A DNA stretch of 64,000 bases from assembly GCA_963695875.1 (NCBI GenBank), contig CAVOID010000012.1, forward strand, positions 32,001 through 96,000, in the 5' to 3' direction. Each line of letters starts with the position of its first letter. Positions within the stretch are counted from its first letter, which is position 1. Below, piece after piece: positions 26,774 to 37,645 of the stretch. The translations under genes and the position numbers were made by a program. Under the pieces are notes generated by a model, which saw nothing but the letters and a program-made list of their open reading frames with translations, had not been told where the DNA came from and made no database searches. Origin of the DNA: an uncultured delta proteobacterium (GTDB lineage: Bacteria > Desulfobacterota > Syntrophia > Syntrophales > UBA2185).

Positions 26774-26811
26774 CAGTAAGATTTGGAGAAAAAATCTGTA
26801 GGAGAATTTAG

Positions 26812-27623
26812 ATGATCAAGGCTATTGTTACCGGTGCCGGTGGCAGGATGGGAGGCAGGATAATAAGCCTTCTATCTGCTGATGGAAGTTATAAAATTGG
26901 TGGGTGCCGTGGAGCAGAAAGGCCATGACCTTGTCGGAAAGGACATAGGTGAGAAACTTGGTCTTGGTAAAACAGGTATTGCTGTTGATGATCGACTTGT
27001 CAGCGTGTATTGATAAGGGTGATGTGGTCATTGATTTTACCCATCATGAGGCCTCCTTGAACCATCTTGAGATTGCCGCGGAGAAAAGTCGCGCTATTGT
27101 TATCGGCAGCACGGGTTTTACTGCGGATGAAATGGCAAGAATTAAAGAGCTAGCTGCAAAGACGCGCTGTGTCCAGTCACCTAATATGAGTATAGGAGTA
27201 AATGTCATGTTCAAGGTTCTCGACTATGTGGCAGGAATACTGGGGGATGATTATGACGTGGAGATTATGGAAGCTCATCACCATTTAAAAAAGGACGCCC
27301 CAAGCGGAACCGCATTGAAGATGGCTCACATCATAGCGGGAAAGCTGGGTCGCGATCTGGAACATGCCGGCGTTTATACCAGGAAAGGTATGATCGGTGA
27401 AAGAAGTAAGACTGAAATCGGTATTCAGACCTTGAGGGCCGGTGATATAGTGGGAGAGCATATGGTCATGTTCGGCGGAATCGGTGAGAGATTGGAATTT
27501 ATTCATCGCGCCCATAGTCGGGACAATTTTGCACGGGGTGCAATACTGGCAGCAAAATGGATCGTAGATCAGAGAAATGGTTTATATGATATGCAGGATG
27601 TATTAGGGATCAAGGGAAGGTAA
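26812..27623 (+). CDS. dapB: 4-hydroxy-tetrahydrodipicolinate reductase (frameshifted)
   Basis: ATG 26812 MIKAIVTGAGGRMG; IDFT, GSTG, PNMSIG, EAHHHLKKDAPSGTA, RAGDIVGEH. Confidence 0.94.
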
Positions 27624-27629
27624 CTTTAG

Positions 27630-28155
27630 GTGCAATGGCAATTGCCTGAAGACGTTAGCGGAGTTATTTGTTTTATTGGAGTTGGCTCAAATCTGGATAA
27701 TGCTACCGAACGATGTTTGGAAGCCATCTGTCGTTTATCTTCAGTAAGCGGCACAAAGGTCTTGAGAAGGTCATCCCTTTATCGGACAGAACCTGTTGGA
27801 TTTACCGAGCAGGATTGGTTTGTCAATACCGTCGTCGAGATAAGAACGGTATTGACTCCCCGCGAGCTGTTAAAAGCCCTGCGTGAGGTGGAGGATGGCA
27901 TGGGGAGGGTAAGAGGACCGAAGTGGGGACCGCGGGTTATAGACCTGGACATTCTTCTTTACGGACAGGAGGTAATTCAGGAGGAAGGCCTCGATAATTC
28001 CTCATCCGCTGCTTCACAAAAGACGATTTGTCCTTGGACCTCTCTGCGAAATAGCGTCATATGCAATTCACCCGGCCTTCGGTGTTTCTATCCGCGGGTT
28101 AATGGACAGGCTTGATGACGAAAGTAGGATTTATCTTAGCCGGGTAAATGGATAA
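27630..28155 (+). CDS. folK: HPPK, 2-amino-4-hydroxy-6-hydroxymethyldihydropteridine diphosphokinase (frameshift ~27990)
   Basis: IGVGSNL, SSLYRTEP, FVN, WGPRVIDLDILLY, then IPHP..RRFVL.PL.EI in shifted frame to TAA 28155. Confidence 0.92.
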
Positions 28156-28157
28156 TT

Positions 28158-28452
28158 ATGTTTAATCTAATCCGGTTTTTAATTATTTGTGCCCTTATCT
28201 ACTTTAGTTTATAAACTTATTAAATGGATTTTCTTTTCGCCGGTTACCGCAGACCGTGACCTGCCAAAACGTAAGGTATCAGCCATAAAAAGTGAAGATC
28301 TCGTAGAAGATCCATACTGTCATACATATGTGCCCATGAGTCAAGCTTATAAGGCATCAATCGAAGGACAGACGATATATTTTTGTAGTCAAAAGTGTTT
28401 TGAAAAATATATAATTGAAAACCCGGTTAAAAAGGCACGGGAGGCTTTATGA
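28158..28452 (+). CDS. Small membrane-anchored YHS/TRASH-domain protein (frameshifted)
   Basis: N-terminal TM from ATG 28158; [12 protein letters not shown]...YFCSQKC. Confidence 0.75.
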
Positions 28453-29096
28453 AATTTTTTATAGATTCGGCGAATATTAAAGAAATTAAGGACGGTATAA
28501 ACCTCGGAATGGTTGATGGAGTAACCACCAATCCGTCACTGATTGCAAAGGAGAAAAGGGGATTTGAAGAGGTTGTGAAGGAGATACTTGAGGTGGTTGA
28601 CGGGCCGGTGAGTTTGGAAGTGGTCAGTACAGAAGCCCGGGAAATGGTTCGTGAGGGGGAAAAACTGGTAAAATTAGGCGAAAATGCCGTCATTAAGGTT
28701 CCCATTACCACAGAGGGATTAAAAGCCACAAAAATTTTTGCTGATGAAGGAATCAAGGTTAATCAGACCCTGATTTTTTCACCTATCCAGGCGTTAATGG
28801 CAGCTAAGGCCGGTGCCGCATATGTCAGCCCGTTTGTAGGCAGGCTTGATGATGTTTGTCATGACGGTATGGAAATAGTTGAACAGATCATCACGATTTA
28901 TGATAATTACGGTTTTGAAACGGAAGTTATCGTCGCAAGTGTAAGACATCCGCGTCATGTTCTTGAAGCTGCTCTCATGGGCGCTGATATTGCGACTATC
29001 CCATTTAAAGTAATTGACCAACTTGCAAAACATCCTCTGACGGATAAAGGAATAGATATGTTTTTAGCGGACTGGAAAAAAGTTCCCAAGAAATAA
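28449..29096 (+). CDS. tal: Transaldolase / fructose-6-phosphate aldolase family
   Basis: [42 protein letters not shown]. Confidence 0.9.
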   Translation: MKFFIDSANIKEIKDGINLGMVDGVTTNPSLIAKEKRGFEEVVKEILEVVDGPVSLEVVSTEAREMVREGEKLVKLGENAVIKVPITTEGLKATKIFADEGIKVNQTLIFSPIQALMAAKAGAAYVSPFVGRLDDVCHDGMEIVEQIITIYDNYGFETEVIVASVRHPRHVLEAALMGADIATIPFKVIDQLAKHPLTDKGIDMFLADWKKVPKK

Positions 29097-29164
29097 CAAA
29101 TAGAGATGAACATGTTGATATGATTGGTCTTTTAAAAAAATCATTTGACCGGTTTCCAGTCACG

Positions 29165-29723
29165 ATGGAAAAGGGGGCGCTTTTGAACTTTCCGAATAGA
29201 ATAACCCTGTTGAGGATTGCTATTATCCCGGCATTATTTTTTCTGCTTCTTTCTCCTGGCCGGGACGGGAAGCCTTGCAATCGCCATTTTATTTATAATT
29301 GCTGCGCTTACGGATCTCCTTGATGGATATCTGGCCAGAAAGTATGAGATTGTCACGGTGATGGGAAAATTTTTAGATCCCATCGCAGATAAACTTATCG
29401 TTAATACGGCGATGATTCTCATGATTCCTATAGGACGTATTCCTGCATGGATTGTTGCTGTCATTATTATCAGGGATTTTACTGTCGACGGCATCCGGGC
29501 TATAGCCTCCTCGGAGGGCCTCGTTATTCAGGCCAGCAGGCTCGGCAAACAAAAGACCCTGTGTCAAATCTTTGCCGTATCTGCCCTCATGATTCATTAT
29601 CCGTTTCTTGGCGTCGATGCCCATGTCGTAGGTACGGCAATACTTTATCTTGCCCTTGTACTATCTGTTTATTCAGGTATGGATTACTTCGTGAAGTTTT
29701 ACAGAGAAATCATCAGAAAGTAA
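29165..29723 (+). CDS. pgsA: CDP-diacylglycerol--glycerol-3-phosphate 3-phosphatidyltransferase (frameshift)
   Basis: NFPNRITLLRI; TDLLDGYLARK...GKFLDPIADK; ASRLGKQKT. Confidence 0.92.
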
Positions 29724-29728
29724 ATTGG

Positions 29729-30537
29729 ATGGGTTTGATTGATATATCCAAGATAGATTATTCAGCCTTCGATAACCCGTTAATTACGAGGTCTCTGTTT
29801 TATCCGCGTCCGGAGCAGGGTACATCGACAATCAGGTGGGTCTGTGGAATCTGATACTTATCCCGGTGGGAGAAGGATGTTGTTGTTGGCGCCCGAGTTC
29901 ACTCAGCCGGGATGAAGTCTGCCAATATACTTTTCTTTCACGGTAATGGAGAAATTGTAGCGGATTATAATGACATGGGGGTTCTATATACCGATATGGG
30001 TATAAATTTTCTTCCCGTTGATTATCGCGGCTATGGTCTATCTACCGGCAGACCGACTGTCACAACTATGATGCGGGACTGTCATGTTATCTTTGATTAC
30101 ATGAAAAAATGGCTGCGGGAAAACGATAACTGGTCCGTTTGATCGTAATGGGCAGATCGCTTGGCAGCGCTTCTGCTTTAGAACTGGCATCTCATTACAA
30201 AGATGAAATCGATGGTCTTATTATTGAAAGTGGCTTTGCCTATGCCGGTCCGCTTCTTCGACTTCTGGGAATTAATATGGAAGCAATAGGTCGTCAGTGA
30301 AGAACAGGGATTTCGTAACATAGACAAAATCGGCAGCTTTGATAAACCTACGCTCATTATTCATGCTGAGTATGATCATATTATCTCTTTTTCAGAGGGG
30401 CAGCCTCCTCTTTGAGGCCTGTCCGTCTCATGATAAAAAATTCCTGAAAATTCCCGGGGCGAATCACAATGATATTTTCTATCCAGGGAATGTCACAGTA
30501 TATGGAATCTGTAAAATGGCTGGTGGAAAAAGAGTGA
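29729..30537 (+). CDS. Alpha/beta hydrolase (multiple frameshifts)
   Basis: LFYPRP, FFHGNGE, DYRGYG, nucleophile GRSLG (~30150), IIHAEYD, IPGANHND across frames. Confidence 0.85.
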
Positions 30538-30582
30538 CGTCGGCATCACTAGCGAAGAGTGAAATTAAACGAAGTTTTTCTA

Positions 30583-30611
30583 TTGACAAACATATCTGAA
30601 TTTGATATACG
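30583..30611 (+). promoter_or_regulatory. Sigma70-type promoter of the tRNA operon
   Basis: TTGACA-17 nt-TATACG with extended TG, 15 nt before tRNA-Gly. Confidence 0.65.
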
Positions 30612-30626
30612 AAACTAATCCAATGA

Positions 30627-30701
30627 GCGGGCGTAACTCAGTGGTAGAGTGCTACCTTGCCAAGGTAGACGTCGACGGTTCAAATCCGTTCGCCCGCTCC
30701 A
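30627..30701 (+). tRNA. tRNA-Gly(GCC)
   Basis: GCGGGCG/CGCCCGC acceptor stem, CTACC-TTGCCAA-GGTAG anticodon arm, GGTTCAAATCC T-arm, encoded CCA. Confidence 0.97.
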
Positions 30702-30708
30702 TTTATTT

Positions 30709-30786
30709 GGCGGCATAGCCAAGTGGCTAAGGCAGCGGTCTGCAAAACCGTTATTCATCCGGTTCGAATCCGGATTGCCGCCTCCA
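30709..30786 (+). tRNA. tRNA-Cys(GCA)
   Basis: GGCGGCA/TGCCGCC acceptor, U73, CCA; GCGGT-CTGCAAA-ACCGT anticodon arm; TTCGAAT T-loop. Confidence 0.95.
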
Positions 30787-30794
30787 AGAATTAT

Positions 30795-30829
30795 AAGGAG
30801 TTCACCTGATTAAAGGGTTCTCCTTTTTT
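30795..30829 (+). terminator. Putative intrinsic terminator after the tRNAs
   Basis: AAGGAG...CTCCTT hairpin followed by a T run. Confidence 0.55.
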
Positions 30830-31050
30830 ATTTATACGAACAACGTATAAGAATGAAATCCATTTATTGCATAATCATGTCAGAACATAGCACAGTTTGA
30901 AGCTCGATCAACCGTATCTAAATTATCTAATCCCCAAGAAGCATATCTTAAACTCACTCACGCAAAGTAGATGTGTATGAAAAATTTTCTGTCACGTCTA
31001 TAGCCTATCAGCAGAAGGTTTAATTTTATTAACAAAGTTGAAAAAAAGTA

Positions 31051-31079
31051 TTGACATGGTTCGAAGGGTATGATACGTT
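31051..31079 (+). promoter_or_regulatory. Sigma70-type promoter for the HTH gene and pil operon
   Basis: TTGACA-17 nt-TACGTT with extended TG. Confidence 0.5.
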
Positions 31080-31134
31080 CGCACCCAAGCTACATATCTA
31101 AATTAAAGGAATTAGTGACCTCAGGGGTGTACCT

Positions 31135-31362
31135 ATGATTATAGTAAAGGGGAAAACATATTATACAATTGTTGATGCTGCGGAACAGCTTGGCGTTTCG
31201 TCCAAAACGATCAGGGACTATATTCATAAGGGGATTATTCCCGAACCACCGGAAATCAAGTACGGTATAAGGATTTTGAAGCATTTTCCCCTTGAATACA
31301 TTGATTTGGCTAAACTTCATCTGGAGAATTACCGAAATACAAGAATAAGAGAAGAGCGATAA
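31135..31362 (+). CDS. Small MerR/excisionase-type HTH DNA-binding protein
   Basis: YTIVDAAEQLGVSSKTIRDYIHKGIIP winged-HTH pattern; RBS AGGGG. Confidence 0.85.
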   Translation: MIIVKGKTYYTIVDAAEQLGVSSKTIRDYIHKGIIPEPPEIKYGIRILKHFPLEYIDLAKLHLENYRNTRIREER

Positions 31363-31432
31363 AAAACGGACCAGCACGGCATCATGATACAATTTGAAGG
31401 AGTATAGAAATAACCAAAAGAGGAGTTCAATA

Positions 31433-33308
31433 TTGTCCCGTTTGAAAGATATTACTTCTACAGAAAGACTTCTTGATATCATTCGTAATAAAAAAAATGA
31501 TATTAGTCCTGAATCTCATAGATACATCTAAAATTGACCCGCCGAAAAAACGATTCAAATTCAATTCCCCAAAATTGTCCTCTGTCCGAAAATCAGTCAA
31601 TATCGGTATCGACATCGGTCATAAATACCTAAGGATGGTAAAAGTAGCAAAATTGGCCGATAACCATTGGGAAATGCTTGCTTATAAAAGCGTTCCATTT
31701 ACCCACGCCAAGAAATCACCTGAATTCATTAATTTCTTAAAATCTGAAATCAACGAATTTTGTGGAGTCCATAGAAATGCCAATCTGTGGGCTATTATGT
31801 CTGCAGCACGGGTAAATGTACGCCATATCCATATTCCGAAAGTAGCAAAAAAACGAATTGAGAATGCTGTTTATTGGACGATTAAAAAAGAAACCCCTTT
31901 TGATGAGAAAGATACAGTCTTTGATTTTGAAATTCAGGGAGAAGTTATTGAACAGGGTGTAAGCAAATGGTTGACCATGGTTTATACGGCACCAAAGGAG
32001 GATGTTGATGAGATAAAAGGACTGTTTTCTCAAATAGGGTTACCATTAACCGGAATATCTATCACACCTTTTGCGATTCAAAACATATTCAAAACCGGAT
32101 GGATTCCTTCTGCTGTTGAAGGTACGGTTGCAGGCCTTTTTATCGGTAATGATTTTTCCCGTATTGATATTTATGCCAAGGGAAAGCTCATTATGACCCG
32201 GGGCATAAAGGCGGGAATCAACAGCATGGTGGAAACATTGATGGAACGACTCATGGAGACAAAACATGAGACGTCAGAAATGGCCGGGAAGAGATCACAA
32301 ATAAACATGGAACAGGCAAAGAAAATCCTCTTCAGCCTGAGTGCTGACGCTCCACCTTTAACGGAGCAGGATGTTGGATTTGACCTCAAAGACGAAGAAA
32401 AATTTGAGTTCATATTGCCTGCATTGGAAAGGATAGTAAGGCAGGCAGAAAGAACTTTCGAACATTTCAGGGTGAATCTTAATTATGACAGGGTTGATAA
32501 AATTTACATATCAAGTGCCATGGATATTTCAAAGCGCATTATAGAATATATAGGTGATCAGCTCGGTATAGAAAGTGACCTGCCGGATCCTCTTACACTA
32601 AAACTACAGTTTGCAGTAAAAAGCATGGAAGGGATTCCTGTTTCCGAAAGAATTGCTTTAACTCCAGCCTTGGGGCTTGCCCTTTCTGATAATGCTTACA
32701 CGCCGAACCTTCTATTTAGATTTAAAGACAAGGAGAGGCTAACCAGCATCGTCCGCGCTAATCGAATTATCATTGCGGTATTTATCGTTGCCATTTTCCT
32801 TTCTTCAGGTTTTTATCTCTATCAGAATCAGGAAGCACGTGAGAAAGAAGCCCAAATAGCAGGACTTGAAAAACAGCTGCCGCAGAATTTCCCCCGCATC
32901 GATCAGAATTTGGTATCGCAGATCGCCGCGAACGCTGTAAAGCGGGAACAGGTTTATAGGGAATACAGTGATAGATATCTTGGAATGGCCATTATCGGTG
33001 AATTGTCTTTACTGACTCCGGCAAATATTCGTCTCATTAATCTGAGGGCCCACATGGGTACTCTTCCATCGGGCAAAGGGTCTGCAAAAGATTTAAAAAA
33101 GGAAATTCCTAAGGAAGAATTAAAGCATGTGGTGATTGAGGGCGTTGTTTTAGGTGATCGGAGGACACTTGAGTCATCGTTGGCTGGATATATAATGAAG
33201 TTGGAAGCATCGCCAATATTCCGCCAGGTCAGTGTCCGGAAAAATAACATCGAGCCTTTTAAAAAGGATGAAGTCCTTTACTTCGTTATCGATATGCAAA
33301 TAGGTTAG
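31433..33308 (+). CDS. PilM-PilN fusion type IV pilus alignment protein (frameshift near N-terminus)
   Basis: IGIDIGH actin-like start, ETPFD, TPNLL, TM, PilN-like C-terminus (VVIEG...LEASPIFRQV). Probable TTG start 31433 after GAGGAG (MSRLKDITSTERLLDIIR). Confidence 0.85.
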
Positions 33309-33317
33309 TATACGGTC

Positions 33318-33866
33318 ATGGAAAAAATATTCGCAATAACGCCTAAGCGCACCATCATCTATGCACTTTTATGCCTGTCTGGCATTCTTTTCATTATTCT
33401 TGTCGGAATAATACCGAAACAGTTTTCTTTGGCGCGTTTAGATCAGAAGATCAAGAGTGTTCAGTTTCAGATCGAGGAACAAAAAAGCCTTTACCCCATT
33501 TATCAAGATTTGCAGAAGAGAACTCAGGCCCGGGATTCGAAGGTTTTACCCTCCCCCGCGAGGGGCACGCTTTTACGAACACAGTTGAATGCAATTCCTG
33601 CGACTTTCAGAGATATAGCAAGAAAGGCCAATCTTGATATGGTCTCGGCTTCTCCTGATTTGAATTCCTTATCCAGTGAGTCCAGGCTTCTTCAGGTTAA
33701 CGCAGTTATCAGAGGTAATTTTTTTAATTTTCGTAAATTCCTGATCGGTCTAGGAGAAGTGCCGTACCTGGAGCGTATTGAAGAAATTCAGATCCAGCAG
33801 AATGAGGATACGATGGAATTCAAAATGAAGATTTGGCTTGCCCTTGCTCAGGGATCAGGTGATTGA
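33318..33866 (+). CDS. PilO-like pilus assembly protein
   Basis: Single TM, coiled coil, RGNFFNFRKFL..L..VPYLERIEEIQI motif. Confidence 0.8.
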   Translation: MEKIFAITPKRTIIYALLCLSGILFIILVGIIPKQFSLARLDQKIKSVQFQIEEQKSLYPIYQDLQKRTQARDSKVLPSPARGTLLRTQLNAIPATFRDIARKANLDMVSASPDLNSLSSESRLLQVNAVIRGNFFNFRKFLIGLGEVPYLERIEEIQIQQNEDTMEFKMKIWLALAQGSGD

Positions 33867-33880
33867 GGTCAGAGGTTGAA

Positions 33881-34387
33881 ATGCCAAAACTGACAAAACA
33901 ACAGATAATAATACTTTCCATAATGGTTGTTGCAGTATTGTATGGTGTGTACGACTATTTTGTTGCACAACGAACTAAACCGGCCGTGATCGACATAGGG
34001 AAAAAATCCGCGGAACTTGAGGTATTCAAGAATGATATTACCGCGAAGATACCAAAAGGTTCATCCGCTGCTGATGACTATATTGTCAGTCGTGCTGAAG
34101 TAGGGTGGACACACGACCCTTTTTATGACAGCAGATCTTTCAGGGAATGGATAAGGTTCAAAGAACCAGCTAAAATAGGTATGAGAACATCGCAAAAAAT
34201 ATTTTTTGGTTATTCCGGTTTTCTGAAGGTCGATAAAAGAAAGGTCGCCATAATCAATGGCGCTGAGTATGAATCCGGTGATCCTTTAGAGATGGAGGGA
34301 TATGTGCTGAAAAATATTTATCCGGACAAAGTCGTGATTGTCAACACAAAGAACGGAGTAAAATTTGATGTTCCTTTGCAGGAATAA
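33881..34387 (+). CDS. PilP-like pilus assembly protein
   Basis: N-terminal TM, DPF motif, YSGFL...AIING.EY.GD; located between pilO and pilQ. Confidence 0.7.
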   Translation: MPKLTKQQIIILSIMVVAVLYGVYDYFVAQRTKPAVIDIGKKSAELEVFKNDITAKIPKGSSAADDYIVSRAEVGWTHDPFYDSRSFREWIRFKEPAKIGMRTSQKIFFGYSGFLKVDKRKVAIINGAEYESGDPLEMEGYVLKNIYPDKVVIVNTKNGVKFDVPLQE

Positions 34388-34413
34388 CGTCAGCATGGGA
34401 GGGGGGATTTACC

Positions 34414-36042
34414 TTGGCCGATAAAAATTGTCGGAGAATAATTAAACAGCTTACCATTGTTCTTTCCCTGGGGGTGTTTATCGCCGGTTGCGCTGATAAT
34501 AAGCTGGCGAAGAAAGATCCTTTTTTTGAAAAATGGGATACAATGGCGAAGACAAACACGGGGTACTCACCGGCTCCCAGATCACGCGAAAACATTCGGG
34601 AGTTAGTGAAAGAGGAAGAGGCACGTTTAAAAACACAGAAGGAACGTGTAAAAGGAATAACACTTCCCAATAATCCGGTCAGCCTGAAAATACGTCAATC
34701 AGATGTTAAGGTAGTACTGAGATCCCTGGCGCGTATTGTAAATCAAAATATTCTGATTAAAGACGATATAAAAGGAGAAATCAGTGTCGATTTTAAAGAT
34801 ACACCCTGGGACCGGGCTTTCAACAGTATTCTTAAGAACCAGGGTCTGGCATATGAGTGGGAAGGCAACATTATCAGAGTGATGACTATAGCCGACAAGG
34901 AACAGGATCTGAAGCGAAAAACTCAGGACAAGGATGAAAGACTGGTAGATCCGCTCATAACAGTGTTCATTCCTGTTGACTATGCGGATACCAAAACGCT
35001 CAGGGAAAATCTGCAGGATTTACTGACGAAGGATAAGGATGGCAAGCCGCGGGGATCAATCAGAGTTGATGAGTATACTCGTGGTCTGATTCTCCAGGCT
35101 ATTCGGGACGATTTGGAAAAGATTATGCCGATTATTGACCAGATTGATAAGCCGACTCATCAAATTTTGATTAAAGCCAACATTGTCGAGACAACGAAAA
35201 GTACCGCGAGAAACCTCGGTGTCCAGTGGGGTGGAATGTACAATCCTGCATTAGGCGACCACAATCTCTGGGTAACGCCGGGAGGAACCACGACTGTTGG
35301 AAGCGCAATATCTAATCCTATATCCGGTGGATATGCACCTGTATTTGGTTCACCCGGCCTTAGCGGTCAGGGGTTCGGTGTGAATTTTCCGGCAGCTGCT
35401 TCAGCGATTGCGGCAGCTGGAGGGGCAGGTTCTTTAGGGCTCATATTCGGCACGATTGGCGGCAATATACTGGAGATGCAGCTAAACGCCCTTCAGAACG
35501 ATGGAAAGTTGAATATCCTCTCCAGTCCATCTATTACCACTCTCGATAATCAAACGGCGTATACGGAAAATGGGGAGCGGGTTCCATATGTTACGCAGCA
35601 GGTGAGCGGCGGTATCGTGACCAACACTGTGAGTTTTGAGGATGTTGTTCTCCGTCTCGAAATTACACCCCATGTAATTGATGATAAAAATCTCAAGATG
35701 AAAGTAGTCGTGAAGAAGAATGAGATTAACCCCGCACGCAATGTTCTGGGTAACCCGGGCATTTTCAAAAAGGAGACAAGTACCAATCTGATCGTCAGAG
35801 ATGGAGAAACTATAGTTATTTCCGGATTGACAAAGGACACAGTCCAGGATTCTGAAAGCGGAATACCGGGGGTAAAAGATATCCCGGGGCTTGGATGGCT
35901 GTTCAAGGCAGTGGGGACAAGTGGAACCAAAGAGGAAGTTCTCATTTTTATAACTCCGAGGATACTGCCGGTTCCTACCGTGGCCGTTGTACCGAAGAGA
36001 TCAGATAAAAAGGCAGACGAAGCTCCTGAAACAGATGAGTGA
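34414..36042 (+). CDS. pilQ: Type IV pilus secretin PilQ (lipoprotein)
   Basis: Lipobox IAGC, PWDRAF, QILIKANIVE, LSSPSITTLDNQTA, GIPGVKDIPGLGWLFK, EVLIFITPRI. Confidence 0.9.
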   Translation: MADKNCRRIIKQLTIVLSLGVFIAGCADNKLAKKDPFFEKWDTMAKTNTGYSPAPRSRENIRELVKEEEARLKTQKERVKGITLPNNPVSLKIRQSDVKVVLRSLARIVNQNILIKDDIKGEISVDFKDTPWDRAFNSILKNQGLAYEWEGNIIRVMTIADKEQDLKRKTQDKDERLVDPLITVFIPVDYADTKTLRENLQDLLTKDKDGKPRGSIRVDEYTRGLILQAIRDDLEKIMPIIDQIDKPTHQILIKANIVETTKSTARNLGVQWGGMYNPALGDHNLWVTPGGTTTVGSAISNPISGGYAPVFGSPGLSGQGFGVNFPAAASAIAAAGGAGSLGLIFGTIGGNILEMQLNALQNDGKLNILSSPSITTLDNQTAYTENGERVPYVTQQVSGGIVTNTVSFEDVVLRLEITPHVIDDKNLKMKVVVKKNEINPARNVLGNPGIFKKETSTNLIVRDGETIVISGLTKDTVQDSESGIPGVKDIPGLGWLFKAVGTSGTKEEVLIFITPRILPVPTVAVVPKRSDKKADEAPETDE

Positions 36043-36065
36043 GGAAGTGGAAAATTAATTAGGAA

Positions 36066-37619
36066 ATGGATTATTTCAGGATTCTAAACTTAAAAAAGGA
36101 GCCCTTTTCCAACTCACCGGAACCGGAATTTTTCTTCCAGTCTGCCAAACATGTGGGTTGCCTTCAGAAGCTGGAACTTGCCATACGTCTCCGCCGTGGA
36201 TTGAGTGTCGTAATTGGTGATGTGGGAACAGGGAAAACGACTCTCTGCCGGCAGCTAATCCTTAAATTTGCAGCTTCTGAGGAAGACAGACACCAGATTG
36301 AAACACATCTTATCATGGATCCTTCCTTTACGAATGCGCTTGAATTCTTATCAACCGTGGCAATAACTTTTGGATTATCCGGTGCAGATATCAATATCAG
36401 TGAATGGCAGCTCAAGGAAAATATCAAGAATTATCTTTTTGGCAAAGGTGTCGATGAGGGTAAGATTGTTGTTCTCATCATAGATGAGGGACAAAAACTT
36501 CCGGACTACTGTCTCGAGATACTGCGTGAATTTCTCAATTACGAGACAAATGAGTATAAATTACTCCAGATAGTTATATTTGCTCAAAGTGAATTCGAGC
36601 AAATTTTTAAAACGCATAAGAATTTTGCCGATAGGATCAATTTCTATTATCTCCTGAAGCCTCTGAATTTTCGAGAAACCAGGGGTATGGTGAAATTTCG
36701 CATTGCGAAGGCAAGCGACACGGATATGACTGTTTCACTATTTACATATCCTGGACTGTGGGCTTTGTATGCGGCAACGAAAGGTTATCCGAGAAAGATT
36801 GTGACCCTCTGTCATCAAATCATCTTGGCACTGATCATTCAGAATAGATCTAAAGCCGGTTGGTTTCTTGTACGTTCCTGTGCACACAGGATTCCTGCCG
36901 ATCGAAGAAAAATTCTAAAATGGGTGACGGCATCAACCCTGGCCGTTATTTTCGCTATCATAGCTGTAGTAGGTTTTTCCCCTGAGAAAATAATGGGAAT
37001 TAAGCCGGGGAATGAGCCGTTAAGCACAATAAAAACGCAGGAAATATCTTCATCGGGACAAACCGAGTCCATTGACTCAGATCACAGCACAAAACCACCT
37101 GTAAAGGAGGTGGCAACAACACAAAATGAAATACAAAGACAGAAAAAAATACCTGACCTTCTGGGAAAGTTGACTCTAAAAAAGGGAAGAACTGTATGGT
37201 GGGTGCTCTATGACTTTTATGGAGATTTTAACAGTGTGCAGTTAAAAGCGGTTGCTCTTGCCAATCCGCATATTAAGGATCTCAATCGGGTAACTGCCGG
37301 TGAGGCAATTAAACTCCCTGCTATTCCCGCTGAATCAAAACGATTACTGCCAGGGAAATTGTGGGTACAGGTTGCGAATAGTGAAAACATTGATGAGATG
37401 TATGAATTATACAAGAATTATGAATTCTCATCACCGTCTCTTAGGATTCTTCCATACTGGAATAGAAGAGAGGGACTGGTATTTGCCGTCTTCTTGAAGG
37501 ATGGCTATTCTGATATGGAATCAGCACTGAACGTTGTAAGAAAGCTGCCACAGCCACTTGCGTCAAGTGCGAAAGTTTTGGCAAAATTGGATGATGATAC
37601 GATTTTCTTTGCAAGATAG
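36066..37619 (+). CDS. ExeA/GspA-like AAA+ ATPase with TM and C-terminal LysM-like/SPOR-like peptidoglycan-binding region
   Basis: PFSNSPEP, GDVGTGKT, IIDEGQ, GYPRKI, TM at ~290-305, ANPHIKDLNRVTAGEAIKLP. Confidence 0.85.
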   Translation: MDYFRILNLKKEPFSNSPEPEFFFQSAKHVGCLQKLELAIRLRRGLSVVIGDVGTGKTTLCRQLILKFAASEEDRHQIETHLIMDPSFTNALEFLSTVAITFGLSGADINISEWQLKENIKNYLFGKGVDEGKIVVLIIDEGQKLPDYCLEILREFLNYETNEYKLLQIVIFAQSEFEQIFKTHKNFADRINFYYLLKPLNFRETRGMVKFRIAKASDTDMTVSLFTYPGLWALYAATKGYPRKIVTLCHQIILALIIQNRSKAGWFLVRSCAHRIPADRRKILKWVTASTLAVIFAIIAVVGFSPEKIMGIKPGNEPLSTIKTQEISSSGQTESIDSDHSTKPPVKEVATTQNEIQRQKKIPDLLGKLTLKKGRTVWWVLYDFYGDFNSVQLKAVALANPHIKDLNRVTAGEAIKLPAIPAESKRLLPGKLWVQVANSENIDEMYELYKNYEFSSPSLRILPYWNRREGLVFAVFLKDGYSDMESALNVVRKLPQPLASSAKVLAKLDDDTIFFAR

Positions 37620-37645
37620 GAGAAAGCGGTCAGAGGTTGGGAAAC

